DNA of 19,169 nucleotides from Elusimicrobiota bacterium (GCA_027340875.1 DAIENX010000005.1:1-19169), one strand, 5' to 3'; shown: positions 8,808 through 17,363, counted from the first letter of the stretch. Made by a program: numbers and translations. Notes: a model not told the origin generated them from the letters alone.

Positions 8808-10244
8808 TCACAGTTTTCCGCCGCGCAATTTTGCCAGGACCGCCATTTTGATGCTATCAATGCCCTTGAGTTCCTCCGTAACATCGTAATCTATGCCGAT
8901 ATCCGGTTTAAGCGGTCCCTGGCCCATCCCCTCGATAAGAAAGACCTTCTGGGGAAAATTCAGTTTGGCGAAGCCGCTCGGTGTTTTGACCCCGACCCTG
9001 ATTTCCCCGAAAGCAGTGCTTGCGTTCGTGGCGAGGCCGAGCTGCGTCATAAGGCCGGTAAGGCGCAGCGTCAGAACGAAATCCTCGCATGAACTGAAGC
9101 AGCCGGCGTCCGTAATCAGGAGAATGCGGCCTTTGAACCCGGTACGCTCCGTTTTCGCGTCCGGATGCTCCAGTTTCGAGTCACATTCCAAGAACGTATC
9201 GGGCCGCGACTTAATGCAATCCACAAAACCTTTCCAATCCTCTTTTTCCTGCGGAGACAGCGAAGCTTCCGCAAAGTATTTTTTCATGAAGGATTCGTAA
9301 TAATCGGCGTTGGCTTTCGAGGCCCAGATCAGCGCCCTGCCTGGCAGCACAGGGGAATAACCGATAAGGTTTTTCAGCCACCTGGCACCCCAATCCGAGT
9401 TACCGCCGCCATTTCCGCGCATGTCCAGGACGATAATTTTTTCGCCGCGAAGTTTTTTTACATCCTCCACGAATTCCGAGAGCAGCCCGGCCTCCTCGGG
9501 ATTTTTAGGGTCGAACGTGGAAAATGTTATCCACGGCACGCCCTCAATACGCTCGAATTTGTAGACAGGGCCTCTGACATACGCATTCTTATACTCAAGG
9601 AGTTCGTGGCCATCGACCTGCTGCCACTTGAGCTTTGCGCCGAATGTCTTGTTTCCCTTTCGGAACAGGCAGGCCGTCTCCTCTCCTTCCGTGACATCGG
9701 ACCTCAGGAACAGGCCTCTTTTCGCGTACTGGTACAACGCGGCCTCTTTATTATAGAAGGCTTCAAAAGGCAGCACTTCGCTCTCAAGAATGTCTAAAGG
9801 CGGTTTTCCCCCGCAGGAGACCAATTCGTCGCCAGCCTCCACCTCTCCCGGAGAAGCCATGCCCCCGATCTTTGCGATTACAAAATACCGGCCGTTAAGT
9901 TTTTTCATCGCCAGACCCGTTCCCTTGAGCCAGGCAGGATCGAAATTCAGCGTCAGATGCGGATCGTGATATGAAGCGATGTATCTTTTAACGCCGCGGA
10001 TATAGTCGATCTTGCCCTTGCAGCCAGGAGCTGCCGCCATCTCGGCGTCATAAGCGGCGGCCGCCAGCGCGGCCGTTTCCGTGGAATACCTTACGTTCGC
10101 CGAGTTTTCGATCAATTGCCGGTGAATGAATTTAAGGTCCGGGATCAATTGAGAACAATACGCGGCTCCCGGATCAGGAGCGGCTCCGGAGTAAGCTGCC
10201 GCAGCGCAAAAAAACATAGCGACCAGCGCAGTCACAGTTTTCAT
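8808..10244 (-). CDS. Secreted S41-family (tail-specific/IRBP-like) peptidase with a PDZ-like domain
   Basis: 478 aa with a signal peptide and an AAGGAG SD. YHDPHL, PDZ-like GEVEAGDELVSCGG, IIVLDMRGNGGG, LITDAGCFSSCEDF (nucleophile motif), PDI near the C-terminus. Confidence 0.82.
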   Translation of the reverse strand: MKTVTALVAMFFCAAAAYSGAAPDPGAAYCSQLIPDLKFIHRQLIENSANVRYSTETAALAAAAYDAEMAAAPGCKGKIDYIRGVKRYIASYHDPHLTLNFDPAWLKGTGLAMKKLNGRYFVIAKIGGMASPGEVEAGDELVSCGGKPPLDILESEVLPFEAFYNKEAALYQYAKRGLFLRSDVTEGEETACLFRKGNKTFGAKLKWQQVDGHELLEYKNAYVRGPVYKFERIEGVPWITFSTFDPKNPEEAGLLSEFVEDVKKLRGEKIIVLDMRGNGGGNSDWGARWLKNLIGYSPVLPGRALIWASKANADYYESFMKKYFAEASLSPQEKEDWKGFVDCIKSRPDTFLECDSKLEHPDAKTERTGFKGRILLITDAGCFSSCEDFVLTLRLTGLMTQLGLATNASTAFGEIRVGVKTPSGFAKLNFPQKVFLIEGMGQGPLKPDIGIDYDVTEELKGIDSIKMAVLAKLRGGKL

Positions 10245-10255
10245 TCTCTCTCCTT

Positions 10256-10294
10256 AAAAACAGCCGCCTGGGCACGTCCGCAAAAAAGCGGCTA
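10256..10294 (-). terminator. Possible intrinsic terminator overlapping the M23 gene stop codon
   Basis: Minus strand: TAGCCGCTT...AGGCGGCTG (9 bp including G.U pairs), a large loop, then TTTTT. Confidence 0.45.
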
Positions 10295-11215
10295 CCTTTT
10301 GCCCAGTTTGACCAGCGGGTTCACGGACTTGCCGGAAGGGGTGATGATCTCGAAATGCAGGTGCGGGCCTGTGGAGAGGCCGGTGGAGCCGACCTTCCCG
10401 AGCAGCGTACGGGACTTCTGAACGGTCTCCCCCACGCCGACCTTAAGGCTGGACAGGTGGCCGTAGCGGGTTATGGAACCGTCGCGGTGCCGCACCTCCA
10501 CGGTGTTGCCGTACCCCCCCTTCCAGCCGGAGAAGATGACCGTCCCGGACCGCGAGGGATAGACCGGCGTGCCTATCGGCATCGGGATATCGCAGCCGTT
10601 GTGGAAGATCTTCCGGTGCAGGATCGGGTGATAGCGCAGGCCGAAGCTGGAGCTGATGCGGCCGTAGCTCATCAGCGGCATGCGGTAGGTGTCCAGGTCC
10701 AGGTAGACCCCGGGGAGGTACACCCTGTCGCCCTTTTTGAAGGAATGGTTCACCAGCAGGGCCGAAGGCGGCAGACCGTTGTCCTCTACCACCGCCGCCT
10801 TGAAGGCGCGCAGGTCCATGCCCTGGCGGAGGTAGCGGCGGACTATCCCGTTCAGGGTCTCGCCGTCCACGCTGACCTCGTAGAGCAGGCCCTTGCCGTT
10901 ATGCACGCGGATATAGCCGCCGCGGCGCATGAAGATGAACTCGTTGCCGTTGGTGCTCTGCAGCGAGCGCACGTCGGTGCCATAGGCGCTGGCCAGGTCG
11001 CGCACGTTGTCGCCCTTGGCGACCTTATGCTTGGCGTGGATGAGCCTGGGGATGGCCCGGAAAGCCTCCGGAGGAGGCTCCTTGGGGCCCGGGGGCGTCA
11101 GGACGGAGAAGCGGGCGTAGTAGAACGGCGTAACGGGCTGCACGGCGGCGGCGGACAAAGCCGCCGCCCCGAGCAGCGCCGCTATGCCGGCGGCCGCCTT
11201 CCAGCCGTAGCGCAT
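10292..11215 (-). CDS. LysM-domain M23 family metallopeptidase (peptidoglycan endopeptidase)
   Basis: Signal peptide; LysM-like HKVAKGDNVRDLASAYG; SSFGLRYHPI, HNGCD (HxxxD), GGYGN, YGHL, STGPHLHFE (HxH). TGATG overlap with rho. Confidence 0.92.
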   Translation of the reverse strand: MRYGWKAAAGIAALLGAAALSAAAVQPVTPFYYARFSVLTPPGPKEPPPEAFRAIPRLIHAKHKVAKGDNVRDLASAYGTDVRSLQSTNGNEFIFMRRGGYIRVHNGKGLLYEVSVDGETLNGIVRRYLRQGMDLRAFKAAVVEDNGLPPSALLVNHSFKKGDRVYLPGVYLDLDTYRMPLMSYGRISSSFGLRYHPILHRKIFHNGCDIPMPIGTPVYPSRSGTVIFSGWKGGYGNTVEVRHRDGSITRYGHLSSLKVGVGETVQKSRTLLGKVGSTGLSTGPHLHFEIITPSGKSVNPLVKLGKR

Positions 11216-12627
11216 CAGCGGCCGCCCATCTCCATGGACTTCAGGAAGTCCTTGTTGGACTTGGTGGAGTTGAGCTTGGAGAGCAGCAGCTCCATCGAGT
11301 CTATCGGGGACAGCGGGGCCAGGACCTTGCGCAGTATCCAGACCTTGTTCAGTTCGTCCTCGCTCATCAGCAGCTCCTCCTTGCGGGTGGAGGTGCGGTT
11401 GATGTCGATGGCCGGGAACACGCGGCGGTCGGCCAGCTTGCGCTCCAGGTAGATCTCGGAGTTGCCGGTGCCCTTGAATTCCTCGAAGATGACGTCGTCC
11501 ATGCGGCTGCCGGTCTCGACCAGCGCTGTGGCTATGATCGTAAGGGAACCGCCTTCCTCGATGTTGCGGGCGGCGCCGAAGAAGCGCTTCGGGCGCTGCA
11601 GCGAGGTGCTCTCCAGGCCGCCGGACAGCACGCGGCCGGAAGAAGGGGCCACGGTGTTGTAGGCGCGCGCCAGGCGCGTGATCGAGTCGAGCAGCACCAC
11701 TACGTGCTTGCCCATCTCGGTGCCGCGCTTGGCCTTCTCCAGCACTATCTCGGCCACCTGCACGTGGCGGTCGGCCGGCTCGTCGAAGGTGGAGGCGATG
11801 ACCTCGCCCTTCACGGAGCGTTTCATGTCGGTGACCTCCTCGGGGCGCTCGTCGATGAGCAGCACTATCAATTCTATCTCGGGGTGGTTGGTGGTCAGCG
11901 AATTGGCGATGCGCTGCAGGATCATCGTCTTGCCGGTCTTGGGCGCGGCCACGATGAGCTGGCGCTGGCCCTTGCCGACGGGCACTATCAGGTCCACGAC
12001 GCGGCCGGTCATCTCGTTCTTGGCCGTCTCGAGCGTAAAGCGCTCGTTCGGATGCAGCGGGGTCAGGTTCTCGAACAGCGGGCGGTGGGAGATCTTCTCG
12101 ATCTCGGTGCCGTTGACGGTCTTGACCTGCAGCAGCGCGAAGAAGCGCTCGCCGTCCTTCGGGGGGCGGATCAGGCCGTTGACGTAGTCGCCCTTGCGCA
12201 GCCCCAGCTTCTTGATCTGCGAGGGGCTGACGTAGATGTCCTCGTGGCTGGAAAGGTAGTTGTATTCCTGCGAGCGCAGGAAGCCGAAGCCGTCGGGCAG
12301 CACTTCGAGCACGCCCTCGCCCTGGGCCACGCCGTTGGCCTTGGCCTGGGCCTCCATGATCTTGCCGATCAGCTCCTGCTTGCGCAGGCTGGCCACGCCC
12401 TCCATGTTGAACTGCTCGGCGATCTTGACAAGCTCGGCCACGGTCATCTTGGTCATCCCGGCCACGTCCACCTTGGGCAGGTTCGGGTTCGGGGCGGGCA
12501 TGGGCCTCTGGTCCTTGCCGTTGTCGTTGCGCTGGTTCCCCCTGTCCTGGGGGTTGCCGTTGCCGCGGTTGCCGTTGTGCTGGCCGTGACCCCTGTTAAA
12601 CCTGCGCTCGTCCTGTTGCTGATTCAT
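11215..12627 (-). CDS. rho: Transcription termination factor Rho
   Basis: [28 protein letters not shown]...[45 protein letters not shown]. Confidence 0.98.
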   Translation of the reverse strand: MNQQQDERRFNRGHGQHNGNRGNGNPQDRGNQRNDNGKDQRPMPAPNPNLPKVDVAGMTKMTVAELVKIAEQFNMEGVASLRKQELIGKIMEAQAKANGVAQGEGVLEVLPDGFGFLRSQEYNYLSSHEDIYVSPSQIKKLGLRKGDYVNGLIRPPKDGERFFALLQVKTVNGTEIEKISHRPLFENLTPLHPNERFTLETAKNEMTGRVVDLIVPVGKGQRQLIVAAPKTGKTMILQRIANSLTTNHPEIELIVLLIDERPEEVTDMKRSVKGEVIASTFDEPADRHVQVAEIVLEKAKRGTEMGKHVVVLLDSITRLARAYNTVAPSSGRVLSGGLESTSLQRPKRFFGAARNIEEGGSLTIIATALVETGSRMDDVIFEEFKGTGNSEIYLERKLADRRVFPAIDINRTSTRKEELLMSEDELNKVWILRKVLAPLSPIDSMELLLSKLNSTKSNKDFLKSMEMGGR

Positions 12628-13253
12628 CTTTTATTCCTCTTTTCCGTCTCCTTCAGGAAACGGCATATGAACCGAATCTTTTCCGCCAGCTCCCGCCGGC
12701 CGCCCGAGTTGTCCAGGACTATGTCCGCCCTGGCGTATTTTTCCTCCGCCGGAAGCTGGGCCCTGACCCTCTCCCTGTACTGGGCCGCGCTCCAGCCCCT
12801 TGCCCTTGCCCTGGCCTCCAGCGTCCTCGCCGGGGCCGACAGGCACGCGGTATACGTGAAACTCTCCCCGAGTCCGGCTTCGAAAAGCAGGGGAACTTCG
12901 ACTACGGCCGCAGTTTTGCGGGATCTGATTATCAGGGAGTGGATTCTTTGCAGGATGCCCGGGTGCAGGAGGGCTTCAAGCCATTTTCTTTTCGCCGGTG
13001 AGCCGAATATCTCGGCCGCCAGCTTCTTCTTATCCAGTAAACCGTTTGTAAGGATTTTGTCGGGACTGAACTTCCTGACTATTCTATTAAAATACGCCGG
13101 CTCCGTCAAGAGCTGACCGGCCAGCGCGTCCGAGGAGACGGTCAGCAGTCCTTCGCGGGCGAACAGCTCCAGCGCCAGGCTCTTGCCGGAGGCTATAGGG
13201 CCGGTAAGGCCGATAACGGTTATCCCTTTCGGGAAGCGGAGCCCCGGCTTCAC
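12624..13253 (-). CDS. coaE: Dephospho-CoA kinase
   Basis: C-terminal part of track ORF 12624..13844. Likely GTG start at 13253 (GTGA overlap with the rhomboid stop). [39 protein letters not shown] overlap with rho. Confidence 0.93.
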   Translation of the reverse strand: MKPGLRFPKGITVIGLTGPIASGKSLALELFAREGLLTVSSDALAGQLLTEPAYFNRIVRKFSPDKILTNGLLDKKKLAAEIFGSPAKRKWLEALLHPGILQRIHSLIIRSRKTAAVVEVPLLFEAGLGESFTYTACLSAPARTLEARARARGWSAAQYRERVRAQLPAEEKYARADIVLDNSGGRRELAEKIRFICRFLKETEKRNKR

Positions 13254-13996
13254 GCGCGCCCCCCGCGCCGCCTGGCGTAATCGTCCAGGCGCCTCAGTTC
13301 GGCGCCGGTGAGCGATGACTGGCCGCGGCGGGAGACCTTTTCCAGCAGGCGGTCTATGTCCTCGCTTGCCAGCGCCTCCGGGTCCGGCTCTTCCCGGACG
13401 GGGCGCTCCCGCCAGCGCCGCTCCCCCCACAGCCAGAGAAGGCCCACCACCAGGCCGCCAAGATGGGTGATGTTGGAGATGCCGGAGCCGGGCTTGGAGA
13501 GGCTGAGCACGAACTCCACCGCGCCGAGCAGGAAAGCCATCATGCGCGCGCTCATAGGCAGCACGAAGTAGAGATAGACCGTGACGCCGGGGTGCAGGAA
13601 AGCGAAGGCCCCCAGCAGGGCGTAGATGGCCCCCGAGGCGCCTATCACCGGGATGACCGGCGGGCCGAAGAACGCGGTGACCACGGCGGCCGCCGCGCCG
13701 CAGACGAAGAAGTACGTCAGGAAGCGGCGCGAACCCATCTCCGGTTCCAGGATGCGGCCCAGCATCCAGAGCATGAAGGTGTTGAAGAGGAAGTGCCAGA
13801 AGCCGCCGTGGATGAAGATGTAGGTGACGGCCTGCCAGAGCCACAGGCGGCCCAGGAAAAGGGCCGGGACCAGGCCGAGATAGACGTTGGCGCGGTCGCC
13901 GAAGAACAGCTCCACCATCCAGCCGGCGAAGAAGGAAAGGGCCAGCCAGCGCGTGGCCGGCGGCAGGTCCCTGAACGGCGCCGCGCTAAGCCTCAT
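13250..13996 (-). CDS. Rhomboid family intramembrane serine protease with a DUF6576-like C-terminal domain
   Basis: LWQAVTYIFIHGGFWHFLFN, catalytic GASG and HLGG, multiple TM helices, tail IDRLLEKVSRRGQSSLT. Probable start is the ATG at 13996; the track ORF extends to 14128. Confidence 0.9.
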   Translation of the reverse strand: MRLSAAPFRDLPPATRWLALSFFAGWMVELFFGDRANVYLGLVPALFLGRLWLWQAVTYIFIHGGFWHFLFNTFMLWMLGRILEPEMGSRRFLTYFFVCGAAAAVVTAFFGPPVIPVIGASGAIYALLGAFAFLHPGVTVYLYFVLPMSARMMAFLLGAVEFVLSLSKPGSGISNITHLGGLVVGLLWLWGERRWRERPVREEPDPEALASEDIDRLLEKVSRRGQSSLTGAELRRLDDYARRRGGRA

Positions 13997-14052
13997 AAGG
14001 TGTTTTCGCCGTGCCAGCCTCCGTAACAGCCCGTGTTTCGGCGCCGTCCCGC

Positions 14053-14185
14053 AGGGCCCGGAACGCAAAACGCGCGGGGACCTGTCGCTGTCGCTCCATC
14101 CGGGGCACACCGTGCCCTCGCTCCGCATTCGGGCCTCGCGCTATGCAAGCTCGGCCCTCACGAGGGTTTTGCTTATCCGGCCCCT
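14053..14185. repeat. Structured intergenic element (nested inverted repeats with tandem-GA hairpins) between polA and the rhomboid gene
   Basis: AGGGCCCGGA (14053-14062) pairs with TCCGGCCCCT (14176-14185) with one mismatch, and GCAAAAC (14065-14071) with GTTTTGC (14166-14172). Internal hairpins at 14083-14098, 14103-14117, 14114-14134 and 14131-14157. Confidence 0.55.
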
Positions 14186-14253
14186 TCGTTACGTCGCCAG
14201 GCCTCTTCGCTGGTCCTGTCGTCTGTCCCGGCGTCTCCCCCAATTTCGTCACA

Positions 14254-16827
14254 TTATCCTTCATACTTGGTCATGTCGCGCCAGTTCGGGCCGGTCTTGA
14301 GGTCCACGGTCAGAGGCACCGAAAGCTTATAGGCGTGCTCCATGGCCTTCCTGACAGCGGCGGCGGCCTCCGCGAGCGCGCCCTTGCGCACCTCGAAGAC
14401 CAGCTCGTCGTGCACCTGCAGCAGCATGACAACGTCCCTGGAATGCCGGAACTCTCCGAACAGGCCTATCATGGCCTTCTTGATTATGTCGGAGGAGCCG
14501 CCCTGCACCGGCGTGTTTATCGCGGCCCGCTCGGCGAAGCCGCGCAGGTGCGGATTGGAGGCGTTGAGCTCAGGCAGCGCGCGGCGGCGGCCGGTGAAGG
14601 TCCTTACATAGCCGGTCTTCTTGGCCTCGGCCACGGTGCGCTCGCTCCACTCCTTCACGCCGGGGCAGGCCTCGAAATACTTCTTGATGTAGGCGGAGGC
14701 CTCGGAGCGGCTGATGCCCAGGTCCTGGGAGAGACCCTGCGCGGTCTTGCCGTAGACGATGCCGAAGTTTATGGCCTTGGCGGCGCGGCGCATCTCGGGG
14801 GTCACCAGCTGCGGCGCGCAGTGGAAGATCTCGGCCGCGGTGCGCAGGTGTATGTCCTCCCCGCTCCTGAAGGCCTCTATCAGGTTCCTGTCCCCGGAGA
14901 GGTGGGCGACCACCCTCAGGTCTATCTGCGAGTAGTCCGCCGACAGCAGCGTGAAGCCTCCGCGCGCCACGAAACAGCTGCGCACCAGCAGGCCGGATTC
15001 GGAACGGACCGGGATGTTCTGCAGGTTGGGGCTGGAGCTGGAGAAGCGGCCGGTGGCCGCGCCCAGCTGGTCGAAAGTGGTGTGGATGCGCCCGTCGGGC
15101 CCCGCCGCCGCGAGCAGGTTGTCCACGAAAGAGGACTTCAGCTTGGAGACCTCGCGGTACTCCATGATCAGCGGCACCACCGGGTGGGCGGCCTTGAGGT
15201 AGTTCAACGCCTCCTCGTTGGTAGAGTAGCCGTCCTTGTTCTTGAACTGCTTCTTCTGCGCCTCTCCGAGACCGAGGCTGAGCTTTTCATAGAGCAGGAA
15301 GCCCACCTGCTTAGGCGAGTTAAGATTGGTCTGCGTGCCGGTAAGCTCTTCCGACTTCGCCTGCAGCTCGGCCATCTTGCGCTCGAACCGCGAGGAGAGC
15401 TCTCCCAGCAGGGCCGTGTCGGCGGCGGCGCCGGTGCGCTCCATGGCGTAGACGGCGGGCAGCAGCGGCAGCTCCAGCCCGGCGTACACCTCCAGGACTC
15501 CGGCCTTCTCCAGATCTTCCTTGAGTTTAAGCCACAGCTCAGGCAGGGCGGCGCAGGCCTGGGCCTTCTCCTCGTCCGAGCCGGGCATCTGCAGCGGCAG
15601 GCCGAGGCGTTCGAAAAGCATCTGCGGCAGCTCCGTCCGGCGGGAGCCCGCGGCCAGCAGCGAAGAGGCCAGCTCGGCCTCGAAATAGTTCTCCGGCTCG
15701 AAGCCCGCCGGCAGGTCCAGCAGGCGCATGGCCTGCTTCAGCCCGAAACAGATCTTCAGGCGCTTCCTATCGGAAAGCAGCCTGGCGGCGGCCTCCCCTT
15801 CCTCGGCGCTGAAGAAGCCTGGGCGCAGTACGCAGATGCCTTTCTCCGAGCCCACGGCCAGGCCGTCGGCGAAGGCGGCAAAGGATATAGTGTCGGGAAG
15901 GACATGAAGGAGCTCGCTCGGTCCCTTTACCGGCGGCAGCTCCACGGGTTTGTGCTCCGCCGGGGCCTGGCCGGCCAGCGCCAGCAGGTCCTTGAACTCG
16001 AGGCGGCGGGCCATCTCCTCGAGGGTTTCCCCTCCCGGAGGGACGGGCTTCAGGATATCCAGCCCCTCCTCTATGGGAGCGTCGGCCTCCAGCGTCACCA
16101 GCCGGCGGGAAAGCCTGGCGTTCTCCATGTCCTTCGCCACTTTGGCCAGCGTCTTGTCCTTGGCGGCGAGGGCCGGGTCCATCGCGGCGGCCAGTATCTT
16201 CTCCAGCGGTCCGTAGGTCTGCACCAGCTTGGAGGCGCCCTTGGGGCCTACCCCGGCCACGCCCGGCACGTTGTCGGAGGAATCGCCGGTCAGCGCGAAA
16301 TAGTCGGGCAGCAGGCTTGGCGGCACGCCGTATTTCCGCTCAACGGCCTCGGGGCCGGAGAACTCGGGGGAGCTGCCGTCCCACATCTTCACCTGCTCCC
16401 CCACGAGCTGGGCGGCGTCCTTGTCCCCGGAGACTATCACGGCCTCCATGCCGGCAGCCGCGGCGCGGCGGGCCAGCGTGGCTATTATATCGTCGGCCTC
16501 GTAGCCCTTGAGGTAGAGGCCCTTGAGGCCCAGCGCCTTCACCAGGTCGCGCGCGGTTATCAGTTGGCTGACCAGCCCCTCGTCCGTGTCCGGGCGGTTG
16601 GCCTTGTAATCGCCGTAAAGGTCGTCCCGGAAAGTGCCGCCCTTGGAGTCGAAGCAGACGGCGAGGTATTCCGGCTTACGCTCGCGGAGTATCTTCAGCA
16701 GCAGGCGGGTGAAACCGAACAGCGCTCCCACCTCCTCGCCCTTGGACGTGGAGAACTTGGGCAGGGCGTGGTAGCTCCTGTGCAGGAAGGCGTGGGCGTC
16801 TATGATGTAAACGCGCTTTGTCGGCAT
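14254..16827 (-). CDS. polA: DNA polymerase I
   Basis: 857 aa. 5'-3' exonuclease (RSYHALP, YEADDIIATL, SGDKD, GDSSDNVPGVAGVGPK), TGRFSSSSPNLQNIP, motif A DYSQIDLR, motif B RRAAKAINFGIVYG, motif C QVHDEL. Confidence 0.98.
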   Translation of the reverse strand: MPTKRVYIIDAHAFLHRSYHALPKFSTSKGEEVGALFGFTRLLLKILRERKPEYLAVCFDSKGGTFRDDLYGDYKANRPDTDEGLVSQLITARDLVKALGLKGLYLKGYEADDIIATLARRAAAAGMEAVIVSGDKDAAQLVGEQVKMWDGSSPEFSGPEAVERKYGVPPSLLPDYFALTGDSSDNVPGVAGVGPKGASKLVQTYGPLEKILAAAMDPALAAKDKTLAKVAKDMENARLSRRLVTLEADAPIEEGLDILKPVPPGGETLEEMARRLEFKDLLALAGQAPAEHKPVELPPVKGPSELLHVLPDTISFAAFADGLAVGSEKGICVLRPGFFSAEEGEAAARLLSDRKRLKICFGLKQAMRLLDLPAGFEPENYFEAELASSLLAAGSRRTELPQMLFERLGLPLQMPGSDEEKAQACAALPELWLKLKEDLEKAGVLEVYAGLELPLLPAVYAMERTGAAADTALLGELSSRFERKMAELQAKSEELTGTQTNLNSPKQVGFLLYEKLSLGLGEAQKKQFKNKDGYSTNEEALNYLKAAHPVVPLIMEYREVSKLKSSFVDNLLAAAGPDGRIHTTFDQLGAATGRFSSSSPNLQNIPVRSESGLLVRSCFVARGGFTLLSADYSQIDLRVVAHLSGDRNLIEAFRSGEDIHLRTAAEIFHCAPQLVTPEMRRAAKAINFGIVYGKTAQGLSQDLGISRSEASAYIKKYFEACPGVKEWSERTVAEAKKTGYVRTFTGRRRALPELNASNPHLRGFAERAAINTPVQGGSSDIIKKAMIGLFGEFRHSRDVVMLLQVHDELVFEVRKGALAEAAAAVRKAMEHAYKLSVPLTVDLKTGPNWRDMTKYEG

Positions 16828-16877
16828 CTTGTTCAGAACGGAAATATCTTGGGAAAAGGAGGGAAGCCCGGGCTGCG

Positions 16878-16934
16878 GCGGAGGAAGAGGATCGCGGAGC
16901 GGCGGAAGGCTTTCGCGCTCCGCGCCGCCTCCGC
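16878..16934. other. Long imperfect hairpin just downstream of trxA (terminator or mRNA-stability element)
   Basis: CGCGGAGCG (16893-16901) pairs perfectly with CGCTCCGCG (16916-16924). Inner stem CGGAA/TTTCG; outer stem GCGGAGG (16878-16884) with CCTCCGC (16928-16934). No clear U tract. Confidence 0.55.
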
Positions 16935-16942
16935 GGACGCCT

Positions 16943-17263
16943 TTACAGCAGTTCGTCGAGGTGCTTCTTTATCTCTTCCTTGGGCTGCAGACCCACCAGT
17001 TGCTGCACCAGTTCGCCCTTCTTGAATATCAGCACGGTGGGGATGGCGGAAATGCGGTACTTACCGGCGGTATCCTGCGCCTCGTCGGTATTGAGCTTGC
17101 AGACCTTCACCTTGCCGTCGTATTCCTTGGCCAGCTCCTCTATGACGGGGGCCAGCATCCGGCAGGGGCCGCACCAGGGGGCCCAGAAATCCACCAGCAC
17201 CGGCATGTCGCTCTTCTCCACTTCCTGCTCGAAATTGGCGTCGGTCAGTTGTATCTCGGACAT
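16943..17263 (-). CDS. trxA: Thioredoxin
   Basis: 106 aa. VDFWAPWCGPC active site, cis-Pro loop IPT, GAGG SD. Confidence 0.97.
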   Translation of the reverse strand: MSEIQLTDANFEQEVEKSDMPVLVDFWAPWCGPCRMLAPVIEELAKEYDGKVKVCKLNTDEAQDTAGKYRISAIPTVLIFKKGELVQQLVGLQPKEEIKKHLDELL

Positions 17264-17323
17264 GTTTACCTCTCAGTAGTATCGTGAACTTAAAATTTCC
17301 GGGGGTACCGCGGGATTACCTTC

Positions 17324-17352
17324 ATGGTATAAGACTTCGCGCGGCCCGTCAA
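17324..17352 (-). promoter_or_regulatory. Putative sigma70 promoter upstream of trxA
   Basis: Minus strand TTGACG (17352-17347), N17, TACCAT (17329-17324), with a T-tract upstream. Confidence 0.65.
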
Positions 17353-17363
17353 GCGCAAAAAAA

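Noticed and set aside
13254..13844. Apparent long N-terminal fusion on CoaE
   Set aside because: It is an off-frame overlap with the rhomboid gene; the GTG at 13253 gives normal coupling and length.
759..17025. Long plus-strand ORFs (759..2678, 4287..6467, 7070..8332, 11704..13116, 14011..17025 and others)
   Set aside because: They are antisense shadows of well-supported minus-strand genes, expected with strong GC3 bias, and show no recognisable motifs.
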